Shown: piece after piece, positions 48,947 to 58,361 of the stretch
Layout: the number at the start of each line of letters is the position of its first letter
How positions within the stretch are numbered: position 1 is the stretch's first letter
NCBI GenBank assembly: GCA_902604835.1
Contig: CACKZW010000003.1
Location: forward strand, 408-64,407
Direction: 5' to 3'
Source: an uncultured Candidatus Actinomarina sp.
GTDB taxonomy: Bacteria > Actinomycetota > Acidimicrobiia > Actinomarinales > Actinomarinaceae
DNA length: 64,000 nt
The notes under the pieces: generated by a model
Seen by the model: the letters and a program-made list of their open reading frames with translations, nothing else
The model's database searches: none
What the model was told of the DNA's origin: nothing
Made by a program: the position numbers and the translations under genes

Positions 48947-49771
48947 TTAACTTTTAACAGTCTTTCCTTTAATAATACGATTTCTAATTGCCGCTGATAT
49001 TGTATCTGCAGTTAATACCAAGACAATAGTACAAATTAATACTGTACCTGCTCTTGGAAAGTCCCTGAATCTAAGCTGATTTATCAATTCTTGACCAACT
49101 CCACCAGCACCTACAACGCCAAGAACTGCTGATGCTCTTAAATTAATTTCAAAGCGATAAAGCCAATAAGATGTAATAGTTGGCATAACTTGTGGAATAA
49201 CTCCAAAAGTAAGTTCGTTAATTTTTGATCCACCTGACGCTTTAATAGACTCAAGAGGCCCTTCATCAATGCCCTCTATAACTTCTGAAGATAGCTTCCC
49301 TAAAGTTCCTATTGAATGAATACCTACAGCTAGTGTTCCTGTTAACGGACCAAGTCCTGTTATTGGCAAGAAAACAAAAGCCAAAATCAATTCTGGAAAT
49401 GCTCTTATACCGTTAAGAATTTGTTTAATTACTCTATTAACAGATCCAATTGTTATATTATTTGCTGCTAAAAACGAAATAGGAAAACTAAATATTGCTC
49501 CAATAACTGTTCCTGCCCATGCGATAAACAAAGACTCAAAAACTTTTGGAATTATTCTTTCAAATGCTTCTGAACTTAAATCTAAAGGAAACATAGCACC
49601 AACCAAAGTTCCAATTTGTGCTGGAGCATTAAGTATTCTATCAAGAGTTATTTCTAAACCTGATGCTGACCAGATTGCAGAAACAACAATCAAACTAGTT
49701 AAGGAATACTTAAATATTCTTTGGTTCAATGGTTGCTTTGGAATGTTCATAATATTTTTCTTCTTAACCAA
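48947..49771 (-). CDS. phnE: phosphonate ABC transporter permease
   Basis: PhnE-type permease pattern (EGIDEGPLESIKASGGS...; VLGVVGAGGVGQEL). Confidence 0.85.
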   Translation of the reverse strand: MVKKKNIMNIPKQPLNQRIFKYSLTSLIVVSAIWSASGLEITLDRILNAPAQIGTLVGAMFPLDLSSEAFERIIPKVFESLFIAWAGTVIGAIFSFPISFLAANNITIGSVNRVIKQILNGIRAFPELILAFVFLPITGLGPLTGTLAVGIHSIGTLGKLSSEVIEGIDEGPLESIKASGGSKINELTFGVIPQVMPTITSYWLYRFEINLRASAVLGVVGAGGVGQELINQLRFRDFPRAGTVLICTIVLVLTADTISAAIRNRIIKGKTVKS

Positions 49772-50529
49772 ACGCTAAATTGTTCTATCAATATGACCAC
49801 TACAAGAATTAGCACAATTATTGGAGAGATCCTATCAAATCTAAGGAATATCCTTTGTGTTTCAATTATTCTTCCAACACCACCCGCACCTACCAATCCA
49901 AGAATCACACTTGCTCTAATGCATAATTCAAATATGTATAAAAAATATGCTGTAAAGTTGGGTAGTACTTGTGGTAGGGCAGATGTAAAAACAGACTGAT
50001 TATGAGATGCACCTGTGGCTTTTGCGGCCTCCATAGGACCAGGATCAATGCTATCAATTGTTTCGGATAATAATTTACCCATTATTGCAAGTGAAAACAT
50101 TAATAATGCAAGAACACCAGCAAATGGTCCAATGCCTACGGCAACAGTAAAAATCATAGCCCAGAATAAATCAGGTATTGTCCTCACAAGATTTAAAAAT
50201 GACTTATAGACAAAATAAGAATACTTGTTCAGATTTGTAGCCCTTGATGCGTAAAAAGATAATGGTAAGGCGACTGCGCAACCAATAATACTTGCCAATA
50301 TTGCAATTTGAATAGTCTCCACTAATGCATCAGATGAATTCTCCCAAGCCCAGGCCCATTTAGGATTAAATAAAGGATCAGTTACAAGATATCTGTTAGA
50401 TAGGTTGTTTTTAAAATCTTGAAAATTAAAACCTATCTGAAGAAATGAAAATACTGAAAAAAATATGCCGCCAGGTATTCCTATTAAAACTAATAATGAA
50501 GGACTTGGTTTTTTTGGATAATTAATCAT
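49747..50529 (-). CDS. phnE: phosphonate ABC transporter permease (second copy)
   Basis: The same family pattern (DSIDPGPMEAAKATGAS...; ILGLVGAGGVGRII). Confidence 0.85.
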   Translation of the reverse strand: MINYPKKPSPSLLVLIGIPGGIFFSVFSFLQIGFNFQDFKNNLSNRYLVTDPLFNPKWAWAWENSSDALVETIQIAILASIIGCAVALPLSFYASRATNLNKYSYFVYKSFLNLVRTIPDLFWAMIFTVAVGIGPFAGVLALLMFSLAIMGKLLSETIDSIDPGPMEAAKATGASHNQSVFTSALPQVLPNFTAYFLYIFELCIRASVILGLVGAGGVGRIIETQRIFLRFDRISPIIVLILVVVILIEQFSVWLRRKIL

Positions 50530-51289
50530 TACCTATTAAATCTGATTGCTTGATTGATCTTCCATAAATATTTTCAAAGTCTTCATCTGAAACGTCGTCA
50601 ACTTTTCCATCATAAACAAGTTCACCATCGCGTAAGCCAATTAACCTATCACCAAATTCTTTAGCTAAATCAAGAAAATGTAAATTCACTATTGTTGTAA
50701 TTCCAAGTTCTTTATTTATTTTCTTAAGATAACTCATTACTACTCTTGATGTGATTGGATCAAGTGAGGCAACAGGTTCATCTGCAAGCATAACTTTTGG
50801 TTTTTGAGATAAAGCCCTCGCAATACCTACTCTTTGTTGCTGTCCACCAGAGAGGTTGGAAGCTCTCACATAAGCTTTTTCAAGAATCTCAACTTGATTT
50901 AATGCTTCAAATGCCATTTGTTTTTGATCTTTTGGCCATAATCCAAAAATCGACCTAATGGTCGAAACTTTACTTAATCTACCTGTTAATACATTTTTCA
51001 ACACTGTTGATCTATTCACTAGATTAAAAGTTTGAAATATCATACCTATTTCAGATCTAATTTGTTTTAGTTGCTTTTTATTTGCATTAGTTATATCTTT
51101 GTTGTCTAAAAATACAACACCATTGCTTGGTTTGACTAAATTATTTATTGTTCGAAGTAGAGTTGATTTACCTGCTCCTGATAAACCGACAATAATTAAA
51201 AAATCTCCTTCGTTTATTTCTAAATCTAGATTTTTTAGGGCTTCTACGCCACCTGGATAGGTGACACTTACATTTTCGAATTTGATCAT
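50522..51289 (-). CDS. phnC: phosphonate ABC transporter ATP-binding protein
   Basis: GLSGAGKSTLLR Walker A, LSGGQQQRVGIARAL signature, and MLADEPVASLD Walker B. The overall pattern is PhnC-like. Confidence 0.9.
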   Translation of the reverse strand: MIKFENVSVTYPGGVEALKNLDLEINEGDFLIIVGLSGAGKSTLLRTINNLVKPSNGVVFLDNKDITNANKKQLKQIRSEIGMIFQTFNLVNRSTVLKNVLTGRLSKVSTIRSIFGLWPKDQKQMAFEALNQVEILEKAYVRASNLSGGQQQRVGIARALSQKPKVMLADEPVASLDPITSRVVMSYLKKINKELGITTIVNLHFLDLAKEFGDRLIGLRDGELVYDGKVDDVSDEDFENIYGRSIKQSDLIGND

Positions 51290-51300
51290 ATAAAAATTTT

Positions 51301-51325
51301 AACCGGGCTGAAGAACAACCCGGTT
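51301..51325 (-). terminator. GC-rich intercistronic hairpin (AACCGGG/CCCGGTT, 11-nt loop) between phnD and phnC
   Basis: Read directly from the sequence. No clean T-run follows, so it is more likely an attenuator or mRNA stabiliser than a full terminator. Confidence 0.45.
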
Positions 51326-51336
51326 AAAATTAAGAT

Positions 51337-52455
51337 TTAATCGTCGTATAGACCGAATTCTTCCGCTGCTTCTCTTACAACGTCGAATTCTGAGTTAACT
51401 GCTGGTACTAAATCAGTCCAACCATAAATTTCATCCATTATGGCCAAACCTTCATCAGTAGCAATATATGCAGATAATATATCATAAATTTGTTGCTTGA
51501 TGTCTTCAGGTAGATCTGTTCTAACTGCTATCACATCATTAGGAATTTCTTCTGTAATACCAAATGCAATTACCTTTTCACCAACATCTGCATTTGTTTT
51601 TCTTAGAGTTCTTCTGGCATCATCATAAGTAACACCAAATTTTGCGTCACCGTTATATAGTCCAGAAATAACTCCATCATGTGAACCAGCAAATCTTTGA
51701 ACAATGTCACCGGTATAGTCGATACCAGCTTTTTTCAATTGTAATGATGGATATAAATACCCTGAAGTAGATCCTTCTTCAACAAAAAGAACTTCTTCAC
51801 CAAGCATTACAGATAAGTCAGCTTCACATGCAAGACCAGGGCTAGTTGTTACACCATCTCTTACTTCAGGTATAAGTCCGTCGTCTCCAAAACCCCATCC
51901 AACTTGTAATGCTTTTACATCAGGTGGTGTTGTTGCTGAACCTTCAACTAAAGTTGCAACTCCATCGATGTTTTCGAAAGCACCAATCACTGGTGTTGTT
52001 TCGCAAACGCTTGCATCTGTTGTCCAGAATGTACCATGGTATGATCCTGAACCGAATCTTACAGATTTAGCAATTGCCTCAAATCTTGTAGGGAATGCGT
52101 TCATAGCTGTAACGTAACCCAATGTTGCAAACGCACCAACGTCTGCTTGACCAGATCCCATTGCAACTAATAATCCCGAATAGTCACTTGTAACAAAACC
52201 TTCAACTTCAATACCTAATCCGTCTGATAAAACTTGCATCATAGGTTGAATGTTGTCTAAAAGTTCTGCTTGCTCTGCACTTGGTACGAAACCGAAAACA
52301 ATTTTATCAAGCACTTGAGCTGTAGTGGTAGCTGGTGCATCTAAACTTTCTGTTTCTTCAACAACTGCAGGTTCCTCTACTGTTTCTTCTTCTGCGGTAC
52401 CGCAAGCAGCAAACACAAGAGAGAGACAGAGTAGAATTAAAATTGTTTTTTTCAC
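51337..52455 (-). CDS. phnD: phosphonate/phosphite-type ABC transporter substrate-binding lipoprotein
   Basis: Lipobox LVFAAC, an acidic linker, and a PhnD-like body (FGFVPS..., DVGAFATLGY, GSTSGYLYP). GTG start 5 nt after GGAGG. Confidence 0.85.
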   Translation of the reverse strand: MKKTILILLCLSLVFAACGTAEEETVEEPAVVEETESLDAPATTTAQVLDKIVFGFVPSAEQAELLDNIQPMMQVLSDGLGIEVEGFVTSDYSGLLVAMGSGQADVGAFATLGYVTAMNAFPTRFEAIAKSVRFGSGSYHGTFWTTDASVCETTPVIGAFENIDGVATLVEGSATTPPDVKALQVGWGFGDDGLIPEVRDGVTTSPGLACEADLSVMLGEEVLFVEEGSTSGYLYPSLQLKKAGIDYTGDIVQRFAGSHDGVISGLYNGDAKFGVTYDDARRTLRKTNADVGEKVIAFGITEEIPNDVIAVRTDLPEDIKQQIYDILSAYIATDEGLAIMDEIYGWTDLVPAVNSEFDVVREAAEEFGLYDD

Positions 52456-52495
52456 AATTTCCTCCGCTTGATTACACTCTTATCTTACAATTTCT

Positions 52496-52534
52496 TGTGA
52501 TAACTGCTTAAGAATTACGTTAAATATTTGTAAA
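52496..52534 (-). promoter_or_regulatory. four hexamers with 11-bp phasing (TTTACA, TTAACG, CTTAAG, ATCACA) upstream of phnD; candidate Pho-box-like array
   Basis: Read on the minus strand. The first two hexamers fit TT(A/T/C)AC(A/G). The array ends about 40 nt upstream of the phnD start. Confidence 0.25.
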
Positions 52535-52996
52535 CTATAAATCGCTCGGAACGTATCCGTATTCTCTTAAAAGAATTGTCCCATCAGTGTCAAAAATTAC
52601 CGAAATCGGTTGACCAATAATTTTAAGACTATCCCTCAATTCAGGAGTAGAAAATCCAATTTCTAGTTCACCAATTAAATTTTCTGAAACCCATGTCATT
52701 GTTGAGTCTTTATCACTATGAGCAAGAGCGATCACATTATAACTTTCACCAATAGTAGCTAAGTTAGCTTCCAAGAGAGGCAACTCCTCCCTACAGAGAC
52801 CTCAGTAATCAGCCCAAAATACAACTAAAGTTTTTTTATTTGTTAAATCAACATTTACCATCGTTCCAGTTGTATCTTCATAAACCAATACTTCCAAATT
52901 TGAATTAGTAGAATTTTGATTAGACTCATCGATTGTAGAATTTGAACCGTATGAACAAAATGAAAACAACAATATGAAAGCTAGCGATTTTCTCAT
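52535..52996 (-). CDS. secreted TlpA/ResA-like thioredoxin-fold protein with in-frame TGA (52802-52804) at the first redox Cys; candidate selenoprotein (UGLC), or else a pseudogene
   Basis: Track ORFs 52802..52996 and 52535..52783 share strand and frame. The joined reading is ..TLVVFWADY-U-GLCREELPLLEAN.., compared with the canonical FWAxWCxPCxxExP. The cis-Pro block IGQPISVIFDTDG lies in the downstream part. An N-terminal signal peptide is present. Confidence 0.6.
52774..52792 (-). promoter_or_regulatory. SECIS-like hairpin AGGGAGG-AGUUG-CCUCUCU, starting 10 nt 3' of the in-frame UGA
   Basis: A 7-bp stem (one G-U pair) paired by eye. The apical loop contains GU about 20 nt from the UGA, within the range I recall for bacterial SECIS elements. 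Confidence 0.4.
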
Positions 52997-53043
52997 ACAA
53001 CTATGTTACTAATATTGCAATTAAAGCTTGCTAGTCTAAAAAT

Positions 53044-54252
53044 ATGAAAATAGGTTTTTTATCAGTTGGAACAGAAATATTACTTGGAGATACAGTAAAT
53101 ACCAACCTAACAAACTTAGGTAGAAGGTTGTATGATGCTGGTTTTAAGTTAAATAAAGAAATCACAATTTCTGATAATGAAAAAGAAATACATGATGCAA
53201 TCATATATCTTCTTGAGAGTTGCGATGTAGTTGTTACATCTGGGGGATTAGGTCCAACTGAAGATGATATAACAAAAGAAGTGATATCAAATTCATTATC
53301 TTTAGAATTAGAACTAGACGATAGCCATGTTGAGTGGATGAAAGAAAGATGGAAGAGTCGTGGTCTTATTATGCCTGAAACCAATATCAAACAAGCTTAC
53401 ATTCCAAAAGGTAGTGAAAAATTAATTAATACACAAGGTACGGCTCCTGGTATCAGAATATCTAAAGATGATAAAGAAATATTTATTTTTCCAGGCCCAC
53501 CAAGAGAGTTCATTCCTCTCGTTGAAGATGAACTGTTGCCTTATCTTACTGAAAACTTTGAAAAAAATGATACTGACTACCAATTCGTTATGTTATTTAA
53601 TCAAGCAGAATCTTCACTTGCAGCAGAGATAGATAAATTTAAACCTGAAGGATTAGATATTGCATACCTTGCAAGTAGAGGAATTATCAAATTACGGTTT
53701 GATAGAAATTCAGTGAGTAAAAGCGATTTTGATATATTTATAGATAAAATTGATGAAATATTTTCTGATGACATTCTTGCCTATGAGAATATATCTGTTG
53801 AAAAAGCACTTGGTTCGCTATTAGCTAAAAACGATATCAAAGTCTCATTTGTTGAGAGTATTACTGGTGGTCTCTTGTCTTCATTGCTTGTCAAAAATCC
53901 AGGTATTAGTAAATATTTTATTGGTTCGGATATTGTTTATGGGAATCAAGCTAAATCCATCCTATTAAACGATAATGATATAGATTTCGAAAATTGGGAA
54001 GTACTTTGTGTTAATTTAACCCATTCTTCATTAGAAAAATATAAAACTGATATTTGTTTAACAATTTTGGGTGAGGCTGGACCATTATCTTCAAGCCAGT
54101 ATTCTGTCGGTACAATTTTTATTTGTATATCTAATGGTGACAAAACTGTGATAACAGATCATAAAATGAACGGTAATAGGGAAGAAATACTGCAAAGATC
54201 AGCAAATAAAGCTCAATGGGAGCTGATAAAATTCATTAAAAACTTGTATTAG
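53044..54252 (+). CDS. cinA: CinA (competence/damage-inducible protein; MoCF-binding N-domain plus PncC-like amidase C-domain)
   Basis: LSVGTEILLGDTVNTN, VVTSGGLGPTEDDITKE, and C-terminal ESITGGLL motifs. It lies upstream of recA. Confidence 0.88.
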   Translation: MKIGFLSVGTEILLGDTVNTNLTNLGRRLYDAGFKLNKEITISDNEKEIHDAIIYLLESCDVVVTSGGLGPTEDDITKEVISNSLSLELELDDSHVEWMKERWKSRGLIMPETNIKQAYIPKGSEKLINTQGTAPGIRISKDDKEIFIFPGPPREFIPLVEDELLPYLTENFEKNDTDYQFVMLFNQAESSLAAEIDKFKPEGLDIAYLASRGIIKLRFDRNSVSKSDFDIFIDKIDEIFSDDILAYENISVEKALGSLLAKNDIKVSFVESITGGLLSSLLVKNPGISKYFIGSDIVYGNQAKSILLNDNDIDFENWEVLCVNLTHSSLEKYKTDICLTILGEAGPLSSSQYSVGTIFICISNGDKTVITDHKMNGNREEILQRSANKAQWELIKFIKNLY

Positions 54253-54265
54253 AACATTTGTTCTA
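54250..54265. promoter_or_regulatory. LexA (Cheo-type) SOS box TAGAACATTTGTTCTA upstream of recA
   Basis: A perfect GAAC-N4-GTTC palindrome read directly from the sequence. It overlaps the cinA stop codon and lies about 60 nt upstream of the recA ATG. Confidence 0.7.
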
Positions 54266-54326
54266 GTAAAATTGTCATACAAAGATGTTTTAATATATAT
54301 TTATTATTGTTAAAAAGGAGAAAAAA

Positions 54327-55400
54327 ATGGATAAAGACAGGGCAAAAAAACTAGATACAGTTTTTGAGCAAATTGAGAAACAATTCGGCGAGGGTTCATT
54401 AATGAAACTTGGTGCCGATAATATCAAAAAAATACCTGCAATATCTACAGGTGCATTATCTATAGATCTTGCGTTAGGGATAGGTGGGGTCCCAAAAGGT
54501 AGAGTTATAGAAATATACGGACCTGAGGCATCCGGTAAAACAACACTTTCTTTACATGTTGCTGCAGAAGCCCAAAAAGCTGGAGGAGTTGCAGCATTCA
54601 TTGATGCTGAGCATGCTCTCGACCCTGTTTACGCTAGGGCATTGGGAGTAGATGTTGACGAATTATTAGTATCGCAACCTGACACTGGAGAACAAGCATT
54701 AGAAATTGCCGATATGTTGATACAGTCTGGTGGAGTCGACCTAGTTGTAATTGATTCAGTTGCAGCCCTTGTTCCTAAAGCTGAGATTGAAGGAGAAATG
54801 GGCGATACGCATGTAGGTTTACAAGCTAGATTGATGTCACAAGCATTGCGTAAATTAACAGGATCAATCAATAAATCAGGAACAACTGTTATATTTATTA
54901 ATCAGATTCGTGAAAAAATTGGTGTCATGTGGGGATCTCCTGAAACAACAAGCGGCGGAAGAGCACTTAAGTTTTATTCTTCTGTAAGAATCGACGTACG
55001 AAGAATTGAAACACTAAAAGTTGGTCCTGAACAGATAGGTAACCGTGTAAGAGCAAAAATAGTTAAGAATAAAGTTGCTCCACCTTTTAGAGAAGCTGAA
55101 TTTGATATTATGTTTGGTCAAGGTATTTCTCGTGAAGGTAGCTTACTTGATGTTGCTGTAGAGCATGGCATAGCTAGAAAAGCTGGTGCTTGGTTTACAT
55201 ACGACGAAGTTCAGCTTGGACAAGGTAAAGAAAATTCCAAGCGTTTTCTACGAGAAAATCCTGATCTTGCATTACAGTTAGAAACTGCAGTATACAAAGC
55301 AGTTGGAATGATTGAATCTGATGAAGAAGAATCAATTGAAAGTGATGAGACTGCTGAAGTAGAAGAAGAAATATCAGAAGAGCCTAAAAACAAAAAATAA
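54327..55400 (+). CDS. recA: recombinase RecA
   Basis: [20 protein letters not shown] Walker [10 protein letters not shown], and L1/L2 loop motifs. It has an acidic C-terminal tail and a strong AAAAGGAG SD. Confidence 0.97.
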   Translation: MDKDRAKKLDTVFEQIEKQFGEGSLMKLGADNIKKIPAISTGALSIDLALGIGGVPKGRVIEIYGPEASGKTTLSLHVAAEAQKAGGVAAFIDAEHALDPVYARALGVDVDELLVSQPDTGEQALEIADMLIQSGGVDLVVIDSVAALVPKAEIEGEMGDTHVGLQARLMSQALRKLTGSINKSGTTVIFINQIREKIGVMWGSPETTSGGRALKFYSSVRIDVRRIETLKVGPEQIGNRVRAKIVKNKVAPPFREAEFDIMFGQGISREGSLLDVAVEHGIARKAGAWFTYDEVQLGQGKENSKRFLRENPDLALQLETAVYKAVGMIESDEEESIESDETAEVEEEISEEPKNKK

Positions 55401-55436
55401 CATAGTTTTCTTAAATATAAATTTATAATTTGTAAT

Positions 55437-56810
55437 GTGAAAACATCTATTCATATAGAAAACAAATTAATATCTAAACCATCAAGATTAGGTTTTAAAT
55501 ATCATATTAAAACTTTTGGATGTCAGATGAATGAGCATGATTCTGAAAAAATTGCTGGAATTTTTAATAGTGATGGGATGAGTAAATCTGAAGATATTGA
55601 CCAAGCTGATATCTTATTTGTTAACACTTGTACCATTCGTGAAAATGCTGACGATAAATTATACGGAACTCTTGGTCATTTAAAAAAATGGAAAGATCAA
55701 TCTTCAGATAGAAGACTAATTGTTGGAGGATGTGCAGCTCAAAAAGATAAAGAGTTAGTTCGTGATAGAGCTCCATGGGTAGATGTTGTCATTGGTACCC
55801 ATAATACAAATGATGTTATAAATTTATTAAATCAATCTGAGGACTGGGGTCCGATTACTAAAATAGTCGAAGAAACATTAGACATCGAAACTGAAATACT
55901 ACCTGTTCGTGAATCTGGATTTAGTGCTTTCGTTACTATTCAAATTGGTTGTAATAATAGTTGTACATTTTGTATTGTTCCTTCTGTTAGAGGTGTTGAA
56001 ATTAGTAGAAGGCCTTCTGATATTATCAATGAAATCAAAAATCTATCAAATGAAGGCGTTAAAGAAATTACTCTTTTAGGTCAAAATGTTAATTCATATG
56101 GAAGAGATTTAATGATTGATAACAAAAGAAGCCCATACTTTACACATCTACTTTATAAAATACATGAAATCGATGGTATTGAACGCATTAGATTTACTTC
56201 ACCGCATCCAAAAGATTTTAAAGAAGAGACATTGATTGCTGTTTCGGAACTTCCTAAAATTGCAAATCAAATTCATATACCACTACAAAGCGGTAGTGAC
56301 AAAATTCTTTCCTCAATGCATAGAGGATATAACCAAAAAAAATATTTATCGAAAATAGATATGATTAAAAATATAATTCCTGATGTGTCATTGTCTTCTG
56401 ACGTTATAGTTGGTTTTCCTGGCGAAGATGATGCTGATTTTGATGAAACAATGAAAGTTGTGGATTATGCAGAATTTGATCTTATTTATATGTTTAAATT
56501 TTCACCACGACCAGGTACAGTAGCAGCTGATTACTCAGATAAATTTGTTGAGAAACATTTGATTGATTCAAGATTCATGAGACTTAAAGAAGAGCAAATT
56601 AAAATTAGCCATAACAGGTATAAAAGATTCGTAGGCTCAACACAACAAATGCTAGTTGAAAAGCCTTCAAAAAAAGATCCCAGTGTTTTAACTGGACGTA
56701 TTGAGGGTGGTCATATTGTTCATTTAAAATCTACCCAGAATATCATTGGACAATTAATTGACGTTAAAGTGTACGATGCAACCCCGTTTTTTTTGAAAGC
56801 TAATCTTTAA
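55437..56810 (+). CDS. miaB: tRNA (i6A37) methylthiotransferase
   Basis: UPF0004 domain (TFGCQMNEHDSE), radical SAM motif GCNNSCTFCIVP, and a TRAM domain at the C-terminus. Confidence 0.93.
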   Translation: MKTSIHIENKLISKPSRLGFKYHIKTFGCQMNEHDSEKIAGIFNSDGMSKSEDIDQADILFVNTCTIRENADDKLYGTLGHLKKWKDQSSDRRLIVGGCAAQKDKELVRDRAPWVDVVIGTHNTNDVINLLNQSEDWGPITKIVEETLDIETEILPVRESGFSAFVTIQIGCNNSCTFCIVPSVRGVEISRRPSDIINEIKNLSNEGVKEITLLGQNVNSYGRDLMIDNKRSPYFTHLLYKIHEIDGIERIRFTSPHPKDFKEETLIAVSELPKIANQIHIPLQSGSDKILSSMHRGYNQKKYLSKIDMIKNIIPDVSLSSDVIVGFPGEDDADFDETMKVVDYAEFDLIYMFKFSPRPGTVAADYSDKFVEKHLIDSRFMRLKEEQIKISHNRYKRFVGSTQQMLVEKPSKKDPSVLTGRIEGGHIVHLKSTQNIIGQLIDVKVYDATPFFLKANL

Positions 56811-56812
56811 AT

Positions 56813-57640
56813 TTGTTATACTTTCTAACTGGTATGACTGCTTCAGGTAAGTCAGCCCTTGCACACAAAATAGCTATTGAAAGAAATTTAGATATCATAT
56901 CACTTGACTCAATGGCTGTATATAAAGGTCTTGATATTTTGACTGATAAACCTACTGAAGTAATGCGGTCACAGGTATTATATTACGGTATTGATATAGC
57001 GGATTCTGATCAAAATTTTTCAGTTGTTGATTATCTTAATTATTTAATAGAAATGGAAATACCTGAGAAATCATTTGATAAAGATTTTTTGGTTGTTGGT
57101 GGTACTGGTCTCTATTTTAGATCATTAATTAATAGCTTCGAATTTAGACCAACTGATCCAGCAATAAGGTCTGAATTAGAGTTACTAAATGTAGATCAAT
57201 TATTAAAATTTCATAAACTTTATGATATTGATCCACCTGAAACTGAAATTAATAAAAGACGTTTGATCAGAAATATTGAAAATTCTATTCTTGAAGATGT
57301 TAAATATATCTTTCCACCTATAAATATTCCTGAAAAAATAGTTGGGGTATTTTGGAATCATCCTGATTATTTGAAAAGAATAAAAGATAGGACTTCCAAT
57401 ATGATAGAAAGAGGGTTAGTTGATGAAATGAACAATATTCAAAATCCATCTAAAACAGTTCTTCAAGCTATAGGAATGAATTTAAGTAACGACTTAGAAG
57501 AAAACATTAATTTAAAAACTAATCGTTTAGCAAAAAAACAACTCACTTGGTTTAAACAAGAAGATAGAATAAAAATTATTGAAACTAGTGATGAACTTAT
57601 TGTTAAAGATGAATTGGAAAGAATCATAGATGAAAAATGA
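56813..57640 (+). CDS. miaA: tRNA dimethylallyltransferase
   Basis: P-loop GMTASGKSALA, DSMAVYKGLDILTDKP, and VGGTGLYFRSL motifs. TTG start. Confidence 0.85.
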   Translation: MLYFLTGMTASGKSALAHKIAIERNLDIISLDSMAVYKGLDILTDKPTEVMRSQVLYYGIDIADSDQNFSVVDYLNYLIEMEIPEKSFDKDFLVVGGTGLYFRSLINSFEFRPTDPAIRSELELLNVDQLLKFHKLYDIDPPETEINKRRLIRNIENSILEDVKYIFPPINIPEKIVGVFWNHPDYLKRIKDRTSNMIERGLVDEMNNIQNPSKTVLQAIGMNLSNDLEENINLKTNRLAKKQLTWFKQEDRIKIIETSDELIVKDELERIIDEK

Positions 57641-58361
57641 AGTATATATGTCTGGAACTGGCAATGATTTCATATGCAGTTCATATGAAAGAGATCTCTC
57701 TCAGATTGAAATTATTTCTATAGTTGGAGATTCTCTTCTACCAATTGATGGTGTTATTTTTATTGAACAAATTAATTCTTCAACTGTCAAAATGCATTAT
57801 TTCAATAATGATGGAACGGCGGCAGAATTATGTGTAAACGGTGTTCGTTGTACAGCAAAATTTGCCGTTGATAACAAGCTTGTTGATAATTCAAAGTTAA
57901 TTGTTAGAGCACCTGTTGGGGACATTGAAGCGGTTGTTGAAAATGATACAGTAAAAATAGAAGCACCAATGCCAACTATAGGTAAAGAAGTAGAAATTGA
58001 TTCTTTAATATGTACAACAAGTAATGTTGGTAATCCTCATTTAATGCTTGAAGTAGATGATGTTGATAAATTTGATCTTGATTCATTTTCAGACAAAGCA
58101 CGCAATACTGATTTGTTTAAAGATGGTGTTAATGTTGAAATATTTTCAGTTGTTGATGAACGGTTTATTTACGCAAGAGTAAATGAAAGAGGAGTAGGAG
58201 AAACTGATGCATGCGGCTCCGGTGCGTTAGCTTTATATTCTTTTCTTAGATTTAATAATAAAGTCCAGGATGAAGCAGTTGTGTTATATCCTGGTGGTGA
58301 GCTTGATATGAGTTTTGAAGACGGAAAAATATATTTAAAAGGTTCTGTCACATATCTCTAA
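57630..58361 (+). CDS. dapF: diaminopimelate epimerase
   Basis: SGTGNDF, GNPH, and catalytic-Cys contexts (ELCVNGVRC; ACGSGALA). Confidence 0.85.
   Translation: MKNEVYMSGTGNDFICSSYERDLSQIEIISIVGDSLLPIDGVIFIEQINSSTVKMHYFNNDGTAAELCVNGVRCTAKFAVDNKLVDNSKLIVRAPVGDIEAVVENDTVKIEAPMPTIGKEVEIDSLICTTSNVGNPHLMLEVDDVDKFDLDSFSDKARNTDLFKDGVNVEIFSVVDERFIYARVNERGVGETDACGSGALALYSFLRFNNKVQDEAVVLYPGGELDMSFEDGKIYLKGSVTYL

Noticed and set aside
52802-52804. The in-frame TGA could reflect a genome-wide reassignment (code 4 Trp or code 25 Gly).
   Set aside because: TGA terminates rpsB (6609-6611), lepB (1676-1678) and rseP (10475-10477) at conserved C-termini. In addition, the TGA falls on a redox Cys position, which points to Sec or a Cys-codon mutation rather than Trp or Gly.
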